Shown in pieces: positions 28,601-39,200 of a DNA stretch of 64,000 nucleotides. The stretch is taken from NCBI GenBank assembly GCA_965246885.1, contig OZ251992.1, positions 1,600,001 to 1,664,000 on the forward strand. The letters run 5' to 3'. Position numbers and translations under genes: made by a program. Below the pieces are notes generated by a model. It was not told the origin of the DNA. It saw only the letters and a list, made by a program, of their open reading frames with translations, and made no database searches. Each line of letters starts with the position of its first letter. Position 1 is the first letter of the stretch. The DNA comes from Abditibacterium sp. (GTDB lineage: Bacteria > Armatimonadota > Abditibacteriia > Abditibacteriales > Abditibacteriaceae).

Positions 28601-29620
28601 ATGCAATCGCCTTCCTCCTTCGAGGCCACGTCCGCCGTTTCCCCCGCCGTCGCCGCCGTTTCCGCCCCGCCCGCGCCCAAGATGATGGTCGAAATCAAGG
28701 GCATGACCAAGCGTTACCGCGACCTCGTTGCCGTACGCGAACTGAACTTGTCCATCGCGTCGGGCGAAGTGTTCGGCTTTATCGGCCCCAATGGAGCCGG
28801 GAAAACCACCACCATCAAGACGCTCGCCACCCTGTTGGAGCCGACGACGGGCACCGTCTTCGTGGATGGTGTGGACGTCTTGCGGCACCCGCTTGAAGTG
28901 CGGCGCATCATCGGCTACATGCCCGACTTCTTCGGCGTTTACGACGACGTGAAGGTCTGGGAATACCTCGACTTCTTCGCCGCCGCCTACAAAATCCCAG
29001 CCAACAAACGCAAGGCGATCATAGACGACGTGTTGGAGCTTACCGACCTGACCGAGAAAAAAGAGTCTTATGTGGAAGGGCTGTCGCGCGGCATGAAGCA
29101 GCGTTTGTGCTTGGCGAAAACGCTTGTCCACGATCCGAAGTTGCTCCTGCTCGATGAACCGGCGTCCGGCCTCGACCCCCGCGCGCGTATCGAGTTCCGC
29201 GCCCTGCTTAAGGAGTTGCGCTCGATGGGTAAGACCATTTTCGTCAGCAGCCACATCCTGCCGGAACTGGCCGACTTTTGCACATCGGTGGGCATCATGG
29301 AGCGCGGCCAACTCGTCGTCGCGGGGCGAGTCAACGACATCGTGCAAAAGTTGGAAGGCCAAATCCTGCTCGACGTGCGCTTAACCGGCGGCCCCGAAAA
29401 CGGCGCCCGCGCCCTCGACTTGGTGCGCCAACATCCGCTCATCAAGGACGCCAATGCAGAAGGCGCGCATCTGACGCTCGGCTTCATCGGGGCGCACGAC
29501 GAACTCCCGCAAATCCTCGCCCTCCTCGTTTCCAACGGCCTGCCCGTCGCCTCCTTCGCCCAGCGCGAAGCCGACTTGGAAGATGTCTTCATGAAGGTGA
29601 CAAAGGGCATGGTGCAATAA
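28601..29620 (+). CDS. ABC-2-type transporter ATP-binding protein
   Basis: GPNGAGKTT, LSRGMKQRL, LLLDEPASGLD, SSHIL. Confidence 0.95.
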   Translation: MQSPSSFEATSAVSPAVAAVSAPPAPKMMVEIKGMTKRYRDLVAVRELNLSIASGEVFGFIGPNGAGKTTTIKTLATLLEPTTGTVFVDGVDVLRHPLEVRRIIGYMPDFFGVYDDVKVWEYLDFFAAAYKIPANKRKAIIDDVLELTDLTEKKESYVEGLSRGMKQRLCLAKTLVHDPKLLLLDEPASGLDPRARIEFRALLKELRSMGKTIFVSSHILPELADFCTSVGIMERGQLVVAGRVNDIVQKLEGQILLDVRLTGGPENGARALDLVRQHPLIKDANAEGAHLTLGFIGAHDELPQILALLVSNGLPVASFAQREADLEDVFMKVTKGMVQ

Positions 29621-29638
29621 GCGGCGCGACGTGCGGCA

Positions 29639-30457
29639 ATGACGAACCAACAGATAGAGCGGCTAATTCGCAAAGCGGAAACGGGCGCGTTTTCGAGGTA
29701 TTTCGTCGCCGCGCGCGTGGGCGGGGTCGTTGCGCTTCTGGCGCCGCTTTGTGCTTTTTACTACCCTCTTTCGGGAGAGGGCGTAGTTCTTGGCGCGTTG
29801 TTGGCGATTGCTGCTTCGGCAGCCACTTGGTCAAATTGGCGGGATGGTAGAGCCATCGCCCGCAAATTCTACCGCAATCGCGCCCGTTCCATTTGGGTGG
29901 AACTCAGTGCGACGAATATCTTTGGCGAAGACACATACGCCTTGCGCGGGATGCTCCTCCGCGTCGAGGCTCTTTATGAACGCGACCCGGAAGCCCAAGT
30001 GCTTCCGTTTATCCAAGCGGTGCGACTGGTTCAGGTTTGGCATCAGCAGCAAAGCCGCTTGAGCCTCATCCGCTCGCACGTCGCCCAGATGAGCGAGACC
30101 CGCGTGACGCTCATCGAAAAGCAAGCCCAATTGCGCGCCCTTGGCGACGACAACGCCGCTATCGGGCAAACGCTCGCGCGCCTCGAAGGCGACATCGGGC
30201 CGCTTGAACGCAGTAGCGAAACGCTCCGAGCATCGTGCGCGCGGCTCGAGGCTATCGTTTTGTCCGTTGATGCCGCCGCGCAACGTCGCCAACTGCACCG
30301 CGAAGTCGGCGAACTGACCGCCGACGTGCGCCGCGACGACGAGGGCGCGCTTGAATTGCGCGACGAGCACCTCGACTTGGAGCGCCAAATCGGGCGGGAA
30401 ATCGAGACCTTCCTCCAACTCGAACGCGAGACCGACGCGCACTTGCGCGAGTTGTAG
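29639..30457 (+). CDS. Hypothetical protein, 2 N-terminal TM helices + coiled coil
   Basis: ATG ORF of 272 aa, 18 bp after the ABC gene; hydrophobic N-terminal segments and a helical C-terminus. Confidence 0.65.
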   Translation: MTNQQIERLIRKAETGAFSRYFVAARVGGVVALLAPLCAFYYPLSGEGVVLGALLAIAASAATWSNWRDGRAIARKFYRNRARSIWVELSATNIFGEDTYALRGMLLRVEALYERDPEAQVLPFIQAVRLVQVWHQQQSRLSLIRSHVAQMSETRVTLIEKQAQLRALGDDNAAIGQTLARLEGDIGPLERSSETLRASCARLEAIVLSVDAAAQRRQLHREVGELTADVRRDDEGALELRDEHLDLERQIGREIETFLQLERETDAHLREL

Positions 30458-30492
30458 GGCAACGCACACGGGTTGCTCTGTAATGGGACCTA

Positions 30493-31317
30493 CTACTTCC
30501 GCTTGAGCGGCGGTAGCGTCCGCGTCACAACCGGGCCGGACGGTTTGACCGAAGCCGTCGAGCGCGTCGGGAAGTTGTTGCAATAGATGGTTTTGAGCGT
30601 GTTGAGATCGCGCGTCGAGATGGGTTCGGAGCCGTTAGCCGGGTCTAAGTAGGGGTACATTAAGTCTGTCGGGTTGGGCGAGTGGGCGCCGATGCCGAGG
30701 GCGTGCCCAAATTCATGCGCGGCTATGCTCTGGTTGGCGGCGCTCGCATTGGAGAGTTGGCTGGGCGTGTAAAAGAACAACTGCATCTTCGCCGAGGCGA
30801 TGGTGTTGTTGCTCTGGTAGTAGTAAACAGTGGTCAAACCGAGTGTGGTGGAGTTGGGGTCTTGCGGCGAGTAACTGACGACGAGGTCGGTGTTGGTGGG
30901 GGTGTTAACCAGTTGGTAGCTCACGCGCCCGCCCGTTGCTGTGACCCATTGGTTGAAGCCTGCGATGGTGGCGGCACGGTTGGCGTCCGTTGTGGCGCCG
31001 ATGTAAACCGAAATGGGGAAGTGCGTCCAGAAGGTGTAGTTGCCCGCTGTGCTGTCGGAAGGCGCGACGCTGGGGTCGGGTAGGCCGTAGTAATTGGGGG
31101 CGTACGTCGTGGAATTGCAACCCGCCGTGACGGAGGGAATGGCTCCACTGGGGAGCGGTGTGGAAGTGGGGATCGGCGTGGGAGTAGCCGTTGGGGTGGA
31201 AACGCCGCCCCCTCCACCGCCGCCACAACCGGCGAGGGGAACGAGGAGGGCGCCGCCCACAAGGAAGAGAGCGCGCAGGGAATGGGAAATCCGAAACATC
31301 GGGCTTTTGGAAAGCAT
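30493..31317 (-). CDS. Matrixin (M10-like) zinc metallopeptidase lipoprotein
   Basis: Lipobox LAG-C, GGGGGGG and PT linker; HEFGHALGIGAH followed by the Met-turn DLMYP. Confidence 0.88.
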   Translation of the reverse strand: MLSKSPMFRISHSLRALFLVGGALLVPLAGCGGGGGGGVSTPTATPTPIPTSTPLPSGAIPSVTAGCNSTTYAPNYYGLPDPSVAPSDSTAGNYTFWTHFPISVYIGATTDANRAATIAGFNQWVTATGGRVSYQLVNTPTNTDLVVSYSPQDPNSTTLGLTTVYYYQSNNTIASAKMQLFFYTPSQLSNASAANQSIAAHEFGHALGIGAHSPNPTDLMYPYLDPANGSEPISTRDLNTLKTIYCNNFPTRSTASVKPSGPVVTRTLPPLKRK

Positions 31318-31348
31318 AACGGAAGCCGAGTTGCACTGTCTTTACCTG

Positions 31349-33151
31349 ATGTCCGCAATTACCAACACTCCGTTAACACCTCCGCAGTGGGATTTGACCC
31401 CCTTTTTCCCCGCGCTCGACTCGCCCCAGTTCGCCGGGGAGTTCAATGCAGTAACGGCGCTGATTGCGCAAACCGGCGCGCGCTTCGAGGCGCTCGGCGT
31501 GCGCCGTCGTGATGTGGCCATCGTTGACGCCGACTTTGCAACAGGAGCCGACGAGGTGATGAAGCGCTGGAACGAACTGCTGGCGCGGTTGGAAACGCTG
31601 TTCTCCTACTTGCACTGCCTGATTTCCACCGATGCCCGCGACGAAGCCGCCAAAGCGCGCTTGTCCGCCCTCGAAATGGCGAGCGTCCAGTTGGACGCGC
31701 TGGAAACGCGCTTGGTCGCGTGGCTGGGAACGAGCGATGTGGAAGCGCTTCTTGCCTTATCGTCCGTTGCACAAGAGCATGAGTTCTTTCTCCGGCGCGC
31801 GCAGGTGCTGGCGGCGCATCAGATGAGTGAAGCCGAAGAGAATCTGCTGGCGTCGCTTCGCCCGATGGGAGAGTCATCGTGGGCGAAGTTGCACGGGCAG
31901 ATGACTTCTCTTCTCACCGCCGAAGTGGAGTTGGACGGGCAAACTCAGGCGCTTCCGATGAGCGCCGTTCGTGCCCTTGCCGCGCACCCCGACCGCGCCG
32001 TTCGCCGCCGCGCGTTCGAGGCGGAGTTGCGCGTGTGGCCCACCATCGCGCTTCCGCTCGCGGCGGCCTTGAATGGCGTCAAGGGCTTTTCCCGCGAAAC
32101 GCGCGCGCGGCGCGGTTGGCAAAGCGACCTCGCGCCCGCCTTGCTGGGCAACTCCATTGACGCGGCAACTTTAGCCGCGATGCAAGGCGCGTGCACCGAA
32201 GCGTTCCCCGACTTCCGGCGCTATATGGCCGCCAAAGCGCGCGCCTTGGGCGTGGAGCATCTCGCGTGGTTCGACCTGTTCGCGCCCGTTGGCGGCGAGG
32301 GCGAGGGCCAGAAGTGGAGTTGGGCCGCTTGCGAGGAAGCCATCGAGACCAATTTCGCGCGCTACTCCGACAAAATGGCGGCCTTCGCGCGCCGCGCTTT
32401 TGCCGAACGCTGGGTGGATGCCCTTCCGCGCTTGGGCAAGGAAGGCGGCGCGTATTGCACCGAGGGGTTGGGCGGCGATTCGCGCATCCTGATGAACTTC
32501 GACGGCTCTTGGGCGCAGGTTTCGACGCTCGCGCACGAACTGGGGCACGGCTACCACAACCTTTGTCTCGCCGCGCGCACGCCCTTGCAAAAGCACATCC
32601 CGATGACGCTCGCCGAAACCGCGTCCATTTTCTGCGAAACGCTCGTTTTCGAGTCCGCCGTGTCGCAGGCCGACGCGCCCACGAAGTTGTTTCTGCTCGA
32701 CAACTCGCTCGCGGGCGCCTTGCAAGTGGTGGTGGACATCCACTCCCGCTTTTTGTTCGAGTCGCGCGTCTTTGCGGGCCGCGCCGCGCGCGAGTTGGGC
32801 GAGAACGAACTGTGTGCCATCATGACCGACGCTCAAAGGGAAACGTATGGAGAGGAATTGCAACCGCTCCACCCTTATATGTGGGCCGTCAAAGGCCACT
32901 ACTACGGCGCCAACTACTACAACTTCCCCTACACCTTCGGCCTCCTGTTCGCCCTCGGCCTTTACGCTCGCTACCGGGAAGACCCCGCCGCCTTTCAAGC
33001 GCGCTACGACGACTTCCTGTCCCGTTGCGGCCAGTCCGACGCCGCGACTTTGGCGCGCGACTTCGGCATTGATACCACTACGCCCGCTTTTTGGCGCGCC
33101 AGCTTGGACATCTTGCGCGGACGCATCGCGGAGTTCGAGGCGCTCGTTTAG
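31349..33151 (+). CDS. pepF: M3B oligoendopeptidase F
   Basis: WDLTP, WFDLFAP, GKEGGAYC, TLAHELGHGYHN, LAETASIFCE, YYNFPYTFG. Confidence 0.9.
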   Translation: MSAITNTPLTPPQWDLTPFFPALDSPQFAGEFNAVTALIAQTGARFEALGVRRRDVAIVDADFATGADEVMKRWNELLARLETLFSYLHCLISTDARDEAAKARLSALEMASVQLDALETRLVAWLGTSDVEALLALSSVAQEHEFFLRRAQVLAAHQMSEAEENLLASLRPMGESSWAKLHGQMTSLLTAEVELDGQTQALPMSAVRALAAHPDRAVRRRAFEAELRVWPTIALPLAAALNGVKGFSRETRARRGWQSDLAPALLGNSIDAATLAAMQGACTEAFPDFRRYMAAKARALGVEHLAWFDLFAPVGGEGEGQKWSWAACEEAIETNFARYSDKMAAFARRAFAERWVDALPRLGKEGGAYCTEGLGGDSRILMNFDGSWAQVSTLAHELGHGYHNLCLAARTPLQKHIPMTLAETASIFCETLVFESAVSQADAPTKLFLLDNSLAGALQVVVDIHSRFLFESRVFAGRAARELGENELCAIMTDAQRETYGEELQPLHPYMWAVKGHYYGANYYNFPYTFGLLFALGLYARYREDPAAFQARYDDFLSRCGQSDAATLARDFGIDTTTPAFWRASLDILRGRIAEFEALV

Positions 33152-33528
33152 CCGTAAACCTTGGCGGGGTCGAAAAGCGGCTCGCCCTGCGCTTCTAATT
33201 CGCCGTCCTCTTTGACCAACTCAAAGAAGCACGACCGGTACCCCTGGTGGCACGCCGCGCCGCCCACTTGCTCGACTTTAATAACGAGGGCGTCGGCGTC
33301 GCAGTCCACGAGGATTTCGTGGACGATTTGCACGTTGCCCGATGTTTCGCCCTTCATCATCACGCGCCCCTTCGAGCGCCGGTAAACCGTGCCGCGCTTG
33401 GTGTCCCACATCAGTTGCACCGCCTCGCGGTTGAGCCACGCGACGGTGAGCACCTCGCCGCTTTGGAAGTCTTGGAAGACGCCGCAGACGAGGCCGTTCG
33501 AGTCGTATTTAAGAGTGTCGGTAAACAT
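33148..33528 (-). CDS. hisI: Phosphoribosyl-AMP cyclohydrolase
   Basis: KGETSGNVQ, DCDADAL, ACHQGYRSCF. Confidence 0.95.
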   Translation of the reverse strand: MFTDTLKYDSNGLVCGVFQDFQSGEVLTVAWLNREAVQLMWDTKRGTVYRRSKGRVMMKGETSGNVQIVHEILVDCDADALVIKVEQVGGAACHQGYRSCFFELVKEDGELEAQGEPLFDPAKVYG

Positions 33529-33534
33529 GATGAT

Positions 33535-34188
33535 TTAAGCTCCGAACTCCGATACGCGGAATTGGACGTGGAGTTTCATCTCCACGTCTTCGGCGTGCGA
33601 AATCGCAATGCCCAATTCTGCCTCGGAGACGCGCGCCCGCGACATCATGCTTAGGTGGGCGGTTCTGCGGTGAGTTGAACTTTGCTCCTGCGTGCCTTCC
33701 CACTCCTCGTTCAACTCGTAGACGCCAAGCAGACGCACGCCCAGAGTGCGCGCGATAAAGCGGGCGCGTTCGAGCGCCAGTTCTAAACATCTCGCGCGCA
33801 ATTGGTCGCGTAAAGGAGTTTCGTCGACGAATCTCCACTCCAAACCCACCAGCGTCGCGTTTTTGGCGCTCGTTATAACGCCGATGGCCTCGGCGACCCG
33901 CTCGAGGGGCACCTTCTCGATAAGGAGCGCGTAGCTGACGCTGGAACTCTTGGAAAAGGTGCCGCTTTGGGTGTGTGCACTTACGCTTTCAACTTTGATT
34001 TGCGCTTCGGTGACGCCCACAGTTTTGAGCGCCGCCACCAATTCGGCGACTTCGCGCGCTTTTTGGAGCGCCACCGCGCCCGAAAAGAGCGCCGCGCCCG
34101 CCACCGTAACAGAAATGTCGGCGGCATTGGCTTCAACGCGCGCGGTTTGTAAAACCTCGACGGCAATGAAATCGGGATGATCGTTCAA
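33535..34188 (-). CDS. SIMPL (DUF541) domain protein
   Basis: Pattern [10 protein letters not shown]...ALKTVGV...[22 protein letters not shown]...LHVQF. TTG start overlaps the hisF stop. Confidence 0.7.
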   Translation of the reverse strand: MNDHPDFIAVEVLQTARVEANAADISVTVAGAALFSGAVALQKAREVAELVAALKTVGVTEAQIKVESVSAHTQSGTFSKSSSVSYALLIEKVPLERVAEAIGVITSAKNATLVGLEWRFVDETPLRDQLRARCLELALERARFIARTLGVRLLGVYELNEEWEGTQEQSSTHRRTAHLSMMSRARVSEAELGIAISHAEDVEMKLHVQFRVSEFGA

Positions 34189-34943
34189 CTGCGTACCTCC
34201 ACGCCTCTTACCCTTAGCTCTGCCTTGATTTCTCCAATCGAAAGCAGTCCGTAGTGCACTACGGACGCGACCAAGGCGGCTTCGGCTCCGCCGATAGTGA
34301 GGGCGTCGTGGATGTGGTCAATGGTGCCCGCGCCGCCGCTTGCAATCACGGGGATGGAAAGGGCATCGGCGACGGCGCGGGTGAGTTCGAGGTCGTAGCC
34401 CGCCTGCGTGCCGTCGCCGTCCATCGAGGTGAGCAGGATTTCGCCCGCACCGCGCGCTTCGGCTTCGCGCGCCCACGCGACGGCACTTTTGCCGGTCGGG
34501 GTGCGCCCGCCATGCAGGAAGACCTGCCAGTCTTCCTCGCCGCTCCGCTTGGCGTCTATGGCGACGACCATACATTGCACGCCAAAGCGTTTGGCGCCCG
34601 CTTCGATGAGTTCGGGCGAAGTGAAGGCGCTCGTGTTGATGAACACTTTGTCGGCGCCTGCCGCGAGGATAGCGGCCATTTCGTCGGTGGTTTTCAGGCC
34701 GCCGCCGACGGTGAAGGGGATGAACGCTTGCTCGCACACGCGCGCGGCGAGGTCAGCAACCATGTCGCGGCGCTCGTGACTGGCGGAAATGTCGAGGAAC
34801 ACGAGTTCGTCGGCACCGGCGCGGTCGTAAAAGGCGGCGCGCTCGACGGGGTCGCCCGCGTCGCGCATGTTCTCGAACTGCACGCACTTCACGACGCGCC
34901 CATCCTTGATGTCGAGCGCAGGGATGATTCGTTTGGCTGGCAC
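34185..34943 (-). CDS. hisF: Imidazole glycerol phosphate synthase cyclase subunit
   Basis: [53 protein letters not shown]. Confidence 0.97.
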   Translation of the reverse strand: MPAKRIIPALDIKDGRVVKCVQFENMRDAGDPVERAAFYDRAGADELVFLDISASHERRDMVADLAARVCEQAFIPFTVGGGLKTTDEMAAILAAGADKVFINTSAFTSPELIEAGAKRFGVQCMVVAIDAKRSGEEDWQVFLHGGRTPTGKSAVAWAREAEARGAGEILLTSMDGDGTQAGYDLELTRAVADALSIPVIASGGAGTIDHIHDALTIGGAEAALVASVVHYGLLSIGEIKAELRVRGVEVRS

Positions 34944-35021
34944 CTCCTTAGTGTGCGTGGAGCCGCCGTGCGGCGCGTCACGCCGTTTGGTATGATACCA
35001 GTTGGCGTAATGCCCTTTGGT

Positions 35022-36167
35022 ATGATTGACAACCCCTTCGAGTTTGGGCGGGAACTGCGGCGCGAGGAGCTAATAGACCGCCGCGACGAACTCGCGCGCG
35101 TGAAGCGGGCGCTCGGCGAGGGTGGCAAATTGTTCCTCATCGGCCCGCGCCGCTATGGGAAGACCTCGCTTCTCGCCGTCGCGCAAACCGAACTGCAAGC
35201 GAGCGGCGTGCAGGTGTTGCGCTTCAATGTCGAAGCGTTCTCGACGGTCGAAGCCCTCACGCGCGCCCTTGTCACCGAAGCCGCCAAGCGCCTCAGTGGG
35301 CCGGTGCAAAAGGTCGGCGAGCGCATCCGCTCCCTGTTTGGCGTCCTCAAGCCCGAACTGGCCTTCGACCCCGCCAACGGTAACTGGTCGGTCGCCCTCG
35401 GCGCGGCGCACCGGCCCACCGAAGTTCCGGGCTTTATCGAAGCTTTGGACGCGCTGGAACGCTTGGCGGGCGAGCAGCCGCTCGGACTGGCGCTGGACGA
35501 GTTCCAGCAGTTGCTCGTTATTGGCGGCGACGAAGCCGAAGCGCAACTGCGCGCCGCCGTGCAAACGCACAGCCACCTCGGTTACGTTTTCGCTGGCTCG
35601 AAAACCCGGCTTCTGTCGCAGATGGTGCTCGATCCGGCGCGCCCCTTCTACCGCTTGGGCGAGCCGCTCTTCTTGGGCCAAATCCCGCGCGCCGAGTTCC
35701 TGCCCGTTCTGCGCGCGCGCTTCCAGAGCGCTGACATCGCCATTGAAGACGGCGCACTCGGTGCCCTCCTCGACTTGGCGGACGACGTGCCCTACAACGT
35801 GCAAGCGCTCGCGCAAAACGCCTTTGAGGACGCCCGCTTCTCGCACCGCCTCAGCGTGGCGGACGTGGAGGGCGCGCTCTTGGAGTGGGTGGGCAGGCTC
35901 GACCCGCTTTACACGCAGCTCTGGCTCGACCTGTCGCCCATCCAAGGCCAAACCCTGCGCGCGGTGCTCGACTTTGGCGGGCAAAACCTGCAAAGCGCCG
36001 CCGTCGCCCGCAAGCTCAAGCGCCCCTCCTCTTCGATTCAAAAGTCCCTTGCCGTCCTGCTTGAACGCGACATCCTGCGCACCGAAGAAGAAGCGGGCCG
36101 CTTGCGCTACCATTTCGACGACCCCTTCTTTGCCGCTTGGATTCAAAGGACAATCGCGGAGAATTAA
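35022..36167 (+). CDS. P-loop ATPase (archaeal-ATPase/STAND-like) with C-terminal winged helix
   Basis: NPFEFG...LIDRRDEL, Walker [11 protein letters not shown], Walker B LALDEFQ, FAGS, PFY, GxP-like VPYNVQ; C-terminal wHTH ending [12 protein letters not shown]. Confidence 0.88.
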   Translation: MIDNPFEFGRELRREELIDRRDELARVKRALGEGGKLFLIGPRRYGKTSLLAVAQTELQASGVQVLRFNVEAFSTVEALTRALVTEAAKRLSGPVQKVGERIRSLFGVLKPELAFDPANGNWSVALGAAHRPTEVPGFIEALDALERLAGEQPLGLALDEFQQLLVIGGDEAEAQLRAAVQTHSHLGYVFAGSKTRLLSQMVLDPARPFYRLGEPLFLGQIPRAEFLPVLRARFQSADIAIEDGALGALLDLADDVPYNVQALAQNAFEDARFSHRLSVADVEGALLEWVGRLDPLYTQLWLDLSPIQGQTLRAVLDFGGQNLQSAAVARKLKRPSSSIQKSLAVLLERDILRTEEEAGRLRYHFDDPFFAAWIQRTIAEN

Positions 36168-36209
36168 AGCCCCTCGCGCGCCGCGCCCGTTTGCGATAAA
36201 ATCGGCGGC

Positions 36210-39200
36210 GTGTTTTCTCCGGCTTGGTCGGCGTTGCTCGCGCCGCGTTCGTTTAACCCCGTCGTCGCGGGCGCTCAGGTACGGGCGCTCCGGCAAAGCG
36301 GCGACTCCTCCGAAGCGCGCGAGTTCGTCGGCGCGTTCTTGGGATTCGACCCGCGCTCGCGCTTCGCGCTTCGCACCACCTTGGAATCCCTCGCCAAACC
36401 GACCGGCGGCGCATTTTGGGTGAATGGCGCGTTCGGGTCGGGCAAGTCGCACTTTTTGGGAGTCCTCGCGCTGGTCTGCGATGGCGTCGGATGGGCGGAG
36501 TTGGCTGCCAACTTCCCCGAAATGGCGCCCGCGCTCGTGCCGCGCATGGTCGTGCACATCCCCCTCGACGACTACAACGCGAGCGAGTGGAGTTTGGAAA
36601 ACGTCTTCTGGCGCGAAACAAGGCGCGAATGGGAATCCAAAATCGGCGAATGGCCCGCGTCAGTCGAGTCCGCGCGCGTCGGGAGCCGCGCCGAAGCGTT
36701 GGAAGCGCTGCTTTCCGAACTCAAAGCGCGCGAGTGGGGCGGCTTGGCGCTGTTCTTGGACGAACTATCGCTGTTTCTTGGGGGGCGGACGCACCGCGAA
36801 TTGCAAAGCGACGCTTCCTTTTTGCAGTTTCTGGGGCAAAGCGCGCGGCGCGACGCCTTCTGGGTGGTGGCGGCGCTGCAAAAGACAATTGAAGACTTGG
36901 GCGGGCTGGAACCGTACGCTTTGGGCCAAATCCGCGACCGCTTCCAAACCTTGCCGCTTTCGCTCGCGCATTTGCCCGCGCTCATCGGGCGCCGTTTGGT
37001 CGAAGTGCGCGACGAGAGTGCCTTGGAACGCTGGTGCGACGAGTCTCTGCGCGAGCGCGAAGCGCGCTTTGGGGTGCTGCCGTTTGGCATTCAAGAGTGG
37101 CGCGGCGTGGCACCGTTTCACCCGATGACGGTGGAACTGCTGGAAGCTGTCGCGGGCCGCTTCTTGTCGCGCACGCGCTCGGCGCTGCTGTTTTGCGCGC
37201 ACGCTTTGAACGAGGCGCAACGCCAAAGCGCCGAGGAGCGCGTGCTACCGCCCGCCATCTGGGACTACTTCGCGCCCGAAATCGAGGGGCACCCCGATTG
37301 GAGCGTGCTCGCCGAAGCGGAAGCGGCGTGGCTCGAATCGATCGCGGCGGCGCCTCCTCCTGAGCGCGACGCGCTCAGTTTAACCGCCAAGTTCCTGCTC
37401 TTGTCGCGCGTCGCGGGGCGCTCCACGACGCCCCTTGCTCTTGCCCAAGCGCTCGATTTTGCGCACGAGAACCCGTCCGAGTGGGCGCGCTACCTCTTAG
37501 AAAAGCTGCGGCGGGGCGCCGGTTTTTTGGCCTTGGAGCGCGGCGACGACGCGGGCGGTGACCGCTACGCGCTCGATTTGGGCAAGCGTGTCGGCGAAAG
37601 TGCGCGGCGCTTGGTCTTGGGCGCGGCCAGCGAAATCGAGGACGGCGACGCGCGTTTAACCCAAGCGGCCATTGCCAGTTGCAAATCGGCCAGTTGGCCC
37701 TTAGCCGAAATGGGCGACGACGGGCGCAGCGTGTCTCTGTTCTGGCGGCACTCGCCGCGCCGCGTCCGCGTCGGGGTTTGGCACGATGGGGCGCTGACCG
37801 CGTGGACGAACCGCTTCGCCACCCTGCGCGAACAAGGCGACGCGGCGCTACTGCTTTTCTGGCCGCCCTTTACTCTTGCGCGCGGTGAAGCGGCGGGACT
37901 TCTGCTGGCGCCGCTCCTCACGGGCGCGGCGGGAAGTTGGGGAGACGAGCGCGCGCGGGCGGCGGTGTGGGCGTGGCGTCCGCGCTTCCCGACGCGCGAC
38001 GAGTGGGAGTTGGCGCGCGAGGTGGCGGGCGCGCACTTGGCCCGCCAAGACCCCAACTTGCTCGACAACAGGCGGGGGCGCGCCGTCTTGGAACACCTCG
38101 ACCGCGAGCGGCCCGCCCGCGAGTCGGCGCTGGAACGGGTGGTGCGGCGCTTGTATTTGGAAGGCGACTTGGTGCTGGGCCAAGGTGCGGCGCTCGACGC
38201 GGGCGAATTGGCGGGGGGCGAGGACTTCGGCGCGGTGTTGGAAGCAGTCGCCGACTTCGCTCTGCCCCACCTGTTCGGGCGCTTTTCGGGTGTGGCGCCG
38301 CGTGCCCGCGTTTTGACGCCCTCCAACGCCGATGCACTCTGCCTCGAACTGCTGCGCCGCCCCGCCAACGAGCCGTTTTTCGCGCCCAGTTTGGAGAGGC
38401 TGGCGCGTCACCTCGGTGAGCCGTTGGGCGTGGCAACGCCAAGCGCGGGACGCTGGAAGATGGGGGTGGGCAACGACGATTTAGCCGCGCACATCCTTGC
38501 TCTGGTGGGCGCCGGGGCGTCGCTGTCGGCCCTCAACGAGGAGCTTGGGCGCGACGAATGGGGTTTGTCGGAAGAGATGCAAGCCGTCGCGGTGTGCGCC
38601 CTCTTGCGCGCCGGGGAGTTGGTCGCGCTCGACGCGCGCGGGCAAACTCTGGCGCCCGCCTCTATCGGTTTGCCCCTGCGCCGCTCGGTTCATCGCCTCG
38701 TTCGCGGCGCGCTTCCGGCGGCGGGGCAGTGGATACGGTTGGCAAGCGTGTGTAACGCGCTGCTGGGCGAAAAAATCGGCGCCCCCTCGTTCGAGGAAGC
38801 GGCCCGCGTCGCGGCCCTGCTCGGTGCGTGGCGCGATGAAACGCAGTCCCGCCTTGAACTGGCCCGCGCCCGCGCCGCGCAACTTCGCCGCGCGTTGGGG
38901 CACTCGCCCGCGCAATGGGCCGACTTCGAGGCCGCGACGGAAACCGTCGCGGGCGCCGTTGGGGATTCGCGCACCGACGACCAAGCCCTGCTTTTCGAGC
39001 GCGCCGCGAACTGGGACTTGGCGCTTTTAGCGCCCGCTTTGGCAAGCGCCACCCGCTTCGCTGGCGCTTTGGAGGGCGCCGGGGAGTTGCTGGCGGGACA
39101 CGCGCTCCTGTCCCACCCCGACCTCGCGTGCCCACCGGAGTTAGCCGACGAACGCGCGGCGCTGTTGGAAACTTTGGCGAGCGGCGAAGCCGCGCTCTTT

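Noticed and set aside
27905..29362. 485-aa MarR ORF from the track
   Set aside because: The N-terminal part is the antisense shadow of the ABC ATPase; the real start is likely 28495.
34254..35021. N-terminal extension of the 637-aa ATPase ORF
   Set aside because: Antisense shadow of hisF; family-like sequence starts near 35022.
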